DNA of 57,767 nucleotides, the filler included, from Bipalium vagum (Eukaryota): assembly GCA_037834085.1 (NCBI GenBank). It is 3 parts of 3 records of this genome, joined end to end, with 100 filler letters (N's around TTAATTAATTAA, not from the genome) between each part and the next. Parts side by side here need not be neighbours in the genome. Positions count along the whole stretch, not along the records: positions 38,245 to 57,767 come from JBBMKC010001185.1; 2 more parts are not named here. One strand, written 5' to 3'. The notes below the pieces were generated by a model that had not been told where the DNA came from, did not search any database, and was given only the letters and a program-made list of their open reading frames with translations. Both the position numbers and the translations under genes were made by a program. This document shows, in pieces, positions 54,308 through 57,767 of the stretch (positions are counted from its first letter, which is position 1; each line of letters starts with the position of its first letter).

Positions 54308-55139
54308 ATACTAATAGGTGTTTTTATGTCTTGAGATTTTACAATTTTTTTATTTCAACATTATCCATTTCTTCATCAAAAATTTAAATTGCCAGACTAA
54401 AATTCGAATTCTGCATTCAATATTATTATTAAAACAAATATCATACATTACCTGGGTAATATGTAATTTATTTATCATTAAATTATTTATCATTAATAAA
54501 TAAATAATTACAGTTATTTTCTTCGTTGTTTTCTGAGATCACAATTTTTAATCTTCATTGAATAAAAATTCCGAATTTGAGTTTAAAATTTCATGTCAAA
54601 TATTGATTTTTTTTATTATAGTGAAAAGAAAATAATGAGTGAAATTTAATGTTACGAAAGATTAAACACATGAATTCAATCCACGATTTCATTTTCTTGT
54701 ATACATTTAAATACATTTTAAAAGTTTTTAATAAAGATGAAAAAGAAAAGAGGAATAAAAATAATTTTGAACTATTATCTGAAACCCTCTGAATTTGGTT
54801 ATCCATTCAAAGTCTCTGGAACGAATCTCACTTATTCTCGTAATATTTGACACCAACCTTACACGACCTACGATAATACAGGAAATAATAACTTCTCTTT
54901 TTCAGGTTTCTCAAGATATATTGAAAGAAATAAAAACACTTAAAAAGGATAATTGGATTCAGACCATAAAGAGAACTTTACAATTTTAAACATAAAATCC
55001 CGACGACGTTATTTGGAAATTTCCGTTTGATCAAATGAATAATTTTTTAATAAATAAAAAATATAATTAGTATAAATTCAGGTATCTTGTGAATTTTGTT
55101 TAGGTGTCCTTACTGACTGTTAAACGTCAAGGTTTTCCG

Positions 55140-55370
55140 ATCAGAGAGTTTCCGGACAGTTGCACAATTAAATAGCTTGATCTAACAGGAAATATATACG
55201 GAATCTTCTTAGTACCGATAGAAACTGATTAAAAAATATTTCTTTATAATACATAAAATTTACGGAATTCTTTTCTTGACATCCGGATTTTGTTTGAAAG
55301 AACTTTGTTTCAATATAAACCAACTTTCTAAGAGCTTCACTTTGTATATTGGAATTTTTGTAACACAATT
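55140..55370 (-). mobile_element. Possible Penelope GIY-YIG C-terminal relic
   Basis: LRKLVYIETKFFQTK...CQEKNSV resembles the PLE ending L..xE...I...KP.LC.QK. Confidence 0.3.
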
Positions 55371-55381
55371 GATAATATCAA

Positions 55382-55828
55382 ATGAATACGAGCAATAGAG
55401 AGAAATTGACATTCAAACTCAGAAAGGTTTTGATACCGAATGATACCTGTAAAGGTTGTGGGGCAGTGTCTGAGGATCTGTGGGTTTTCGAAAAAAAATT
55501 AGATGATAAAAATCTGGATAATACATCAGTAAGAAATGAATTAAAAAATGTCAAAAGAGAACTGGAAAACTTAACCGCTCATTATAAAAACATTGGGATC
55601 GAAGACGTTGAAAGCAATTTAAAAAACCAGAAAATTGAGAGAAGTATAAAAGCATTAAAAAGGAAAAACGCCGATTTTAATGTTAAAGTTTTACAACTTT
55701 TAATCAAAGTAATAAAAATAGAGAATGATTTTGAGGAATTAAAGCGAGAAGTAACATTGATGTCTAAAAAAAAGAATAACAGAGAGATACCCTCACGAAA
55801 GTCAGGAAATAAAATAACAATACAATAA
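55382..55828 (+). CDS. Hypothetical 148-aa protein, CxxC followed by predicted coiled coil; possibly transposon-derived
   Basis: ATG-initiated open frame that is long for this AT content; CKGC motif; heptad-like E/K/L-rich segment. No family recognised. Confidence 0.35.
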   Translation: MNTSNREKLTFKLRKVLIPNDTCKGCGAVSEDLWVFEKKLDDKNLDNTSVRNELKNVKRELENLTAHYKNIGIEDVESNLKNQKIERSIKALKRKNADFNVKVLQLLIKVIKIENDFEELKREVTLMSKKKNNREIPSRKSGNKITIQ

Positions 55829-56989
55829 CAATATAAATAAATAATATAACAATAATGAAATGAATCGATAGAATGAGTGATTCTGAGCATATGTTTAAAA
55901 TAAATTTTTCTTCATAATAAAGGTCTTAAAATTTGGCTTTTTTTCTCTCAACGCGATTAAGAAAGAATTAAGAAAACCGAATATTCAGATCTCCCTTGGT
56001 CAATCTAGTCCCAAGAGTCCATTGGTGTTTTTGTTACAACTATAACCTCAATATTAGGTCTGTTGTGCTGGGTGCTGCACCATCATATTCTATTTTTAGT
56101 AAATTTTTTAACATTGTAACTTTGTGTTTGATAATTTATTTTTACCAAATAATTTTCAATTATTCACACTTTACTATTAAAATTATAATTATTATAAATT
56201 ATATTTTGTATTTTATACTTTTGTTGTTTTTTTGATTAACAAACAATGATTATATTAGATAATATAATAATATTATTATTACTAGATTCATATTATATAT
56301 TTTTACTATTTTATTATTTTGTTAATGCTTTTAAAAAGGAAAAAGAAAGAAATGATTTTAATAATAATTTTAATAATAATCCCGAATATTCCATTAGCCA
56401 GAATAAGTATAAATATTTTTAAAAACTAATGATCATCTAATAATTTCTATTTCCACATTTCCTGACTAGAAAGATCTAAAGAAAAGGTTTAAAATGGAGA
56501 AGATAAAAAGCCCTAAGAAATTTAAGTCGGTATCGGTAGTAATCAAATTTCCTGGAAAATAATTTCGAATATATTTCACACTACCAGGTACCACATCTTA
56601 CATTCAAAAGCGAGATACTGGAGACTCAATAGTATTTCAGTCTTTAACTGATGACAATATCAACAACAAAGACGTCAAATCACAATCTTCTTAGTTTTTA
56701 AGGGTTAAGATAAAAATTTTACTAAGATTTTTTAATTTTAATAACTAATAAAGATACGTGATCTTCATGATCTTTCACTCAATTGCGGAAACATTTTAAG
56801 TTGAAATTTCAGCTTTGAATTCCAAGGAAATAAGAAACATTGTAATGTACAGACGTTCATTTGGTGAATAATAGAAACAAATCTCATTAAATCTAGCGAG
56901 CTGCAGCAGTTAACCAAGATTGATCTGTCCATGAGGATACTGCATGATTGGATACTGAAGAATGATATGAAGTATTGAAAGACTGCAGA

Positions 56990-57260
56990 TACGATTATGC
57001 TTTTTTTGTTCAATTCATGTTTCTAAAAAATTTAATTATCTTCAGAAACACAATCTTTTCAAGTCCTGAAATGGCCAGTAAGATACCCAGATCTAAATAT
57101 TATGGAAAACGTTTGAAAAATGATTTCAAATATTGCCTATGATGATTGCCAACCTAAAATATGCAGGGGTTGACAAAAATTTACTAAATTCTTTTTGGAT
57201 ATAAATTGCCACAAACAATAAACTTTTATTGATTTTTACGAAGACTACCTAAATTACTAT
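56990..57260 (+). mobile_element. Tc1 C-terminal relic
   Basis: VLKWPVRYPDLNIMENV resembles WP..SPDLNPIEN.W. Confidence 0.6.
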
Positions 57261-57767
57261 TATTTAAAGAAAATATTGATAATTAATACACTCAATTCGT
57301 TTTTGTGCGACTTGTGCGTTTTTTGGTCCGTATCTATCGCATAAAAAGAGAATTGAGTGGGAACCAATAAATATGTTTTAGTTAGTGTAAAAAAAGATTT
57401 TCAAAATAAAAATAATTAAATTTAAAAGATTACAATTTTTATACAAATAACTATTTAAAATGTTGATATAAAATAAATATCTAATTAGCATAAAAAAGCA
57501 ATAAAAATTAAAAAAATTCATAAAAGTTTTCATATTTTATCACAGAAAATTCAAATGTCAAAAAAATTTTCCACCAGTATATTACTATGTGGACTATTAC
57601 CAAAATCTCATGGACCCAATGTCTTAAGGTTTTATACAGGGTCTTCCAAAAGAAGCTTTACTACTTTTAACATATTAAATACTGAGTAGCTTTGTTTAAA
57701 TAAATTAATATTTAACATTATTCTAGCTAAACATTTGAAAATTAAATATGGATCGTTATAATATGCA

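Noticed and set aside
56950-56995. Hammerhead-like CUGAAGA...GAAA (also checked CUGANGA sites near 32056, 42970, 53203 and 55470, and next to the Penelope relics)
   Set aside because: Stems I and III cannot be formed; no hammerhead is supported by eye.
1-57767. CRISPR arrays, tRNA, rRNA, snRNA or spliced-leader genes
   Set aside because: No repeat-spacer pattern or recognisable RNA-gene sequence seen by eye; an Infernal or tRNAscan run would be decisive.

Overview
AT-rich eukaryotic genomic DNA, almost certainly from an invertebrate animal; the repeat content is compatible with a planarian-like genome, but the taxon cannot be proven from the sequence. The window is dominated by decayed transposons. 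(1) At least 15 Tc1/mariner/pogo relics, including one full-length mariner with TIRs and a TA TSD. (2) A ~0.8-0.9 kb LTR family present three or four times. (3) A 3.0 kb Gypsy element with ~87 bp LTRs that lacks RT/RNase H and is nested inside one of those LTRs. (4) A NeSL/R5/Utopia-type restriction-endonuclease-like (RLE) non-LTR 3' fragment. (5) Penelope-like relics. Host genes supported by the sequence: a long uninterrupted ankyrin-repeat ORF (minus, ATG 48558 to stop 44818) built from two tandem copies of a ~410-aa module; a two-exon secreted ~206-aa protein of probable TULIP/BPI-like fold (31691-31011); and an orphan signal-peptide first exon (15191-15242). There are three assembly gaps. 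I found no rRNA, tRNA, CRISPR array or convincing ribozyme, and I cannot claim a new biological system. The best leads are the doubled ankyrin gene, a compact pseudoknot/hairpin cluster at 26211-26356, a conserved folded RNA plus splice donor inside the LTR family, and the RT-less mini-LTR Gypsy element. All family assignments come from motif recognition by eye and need database confirmation.
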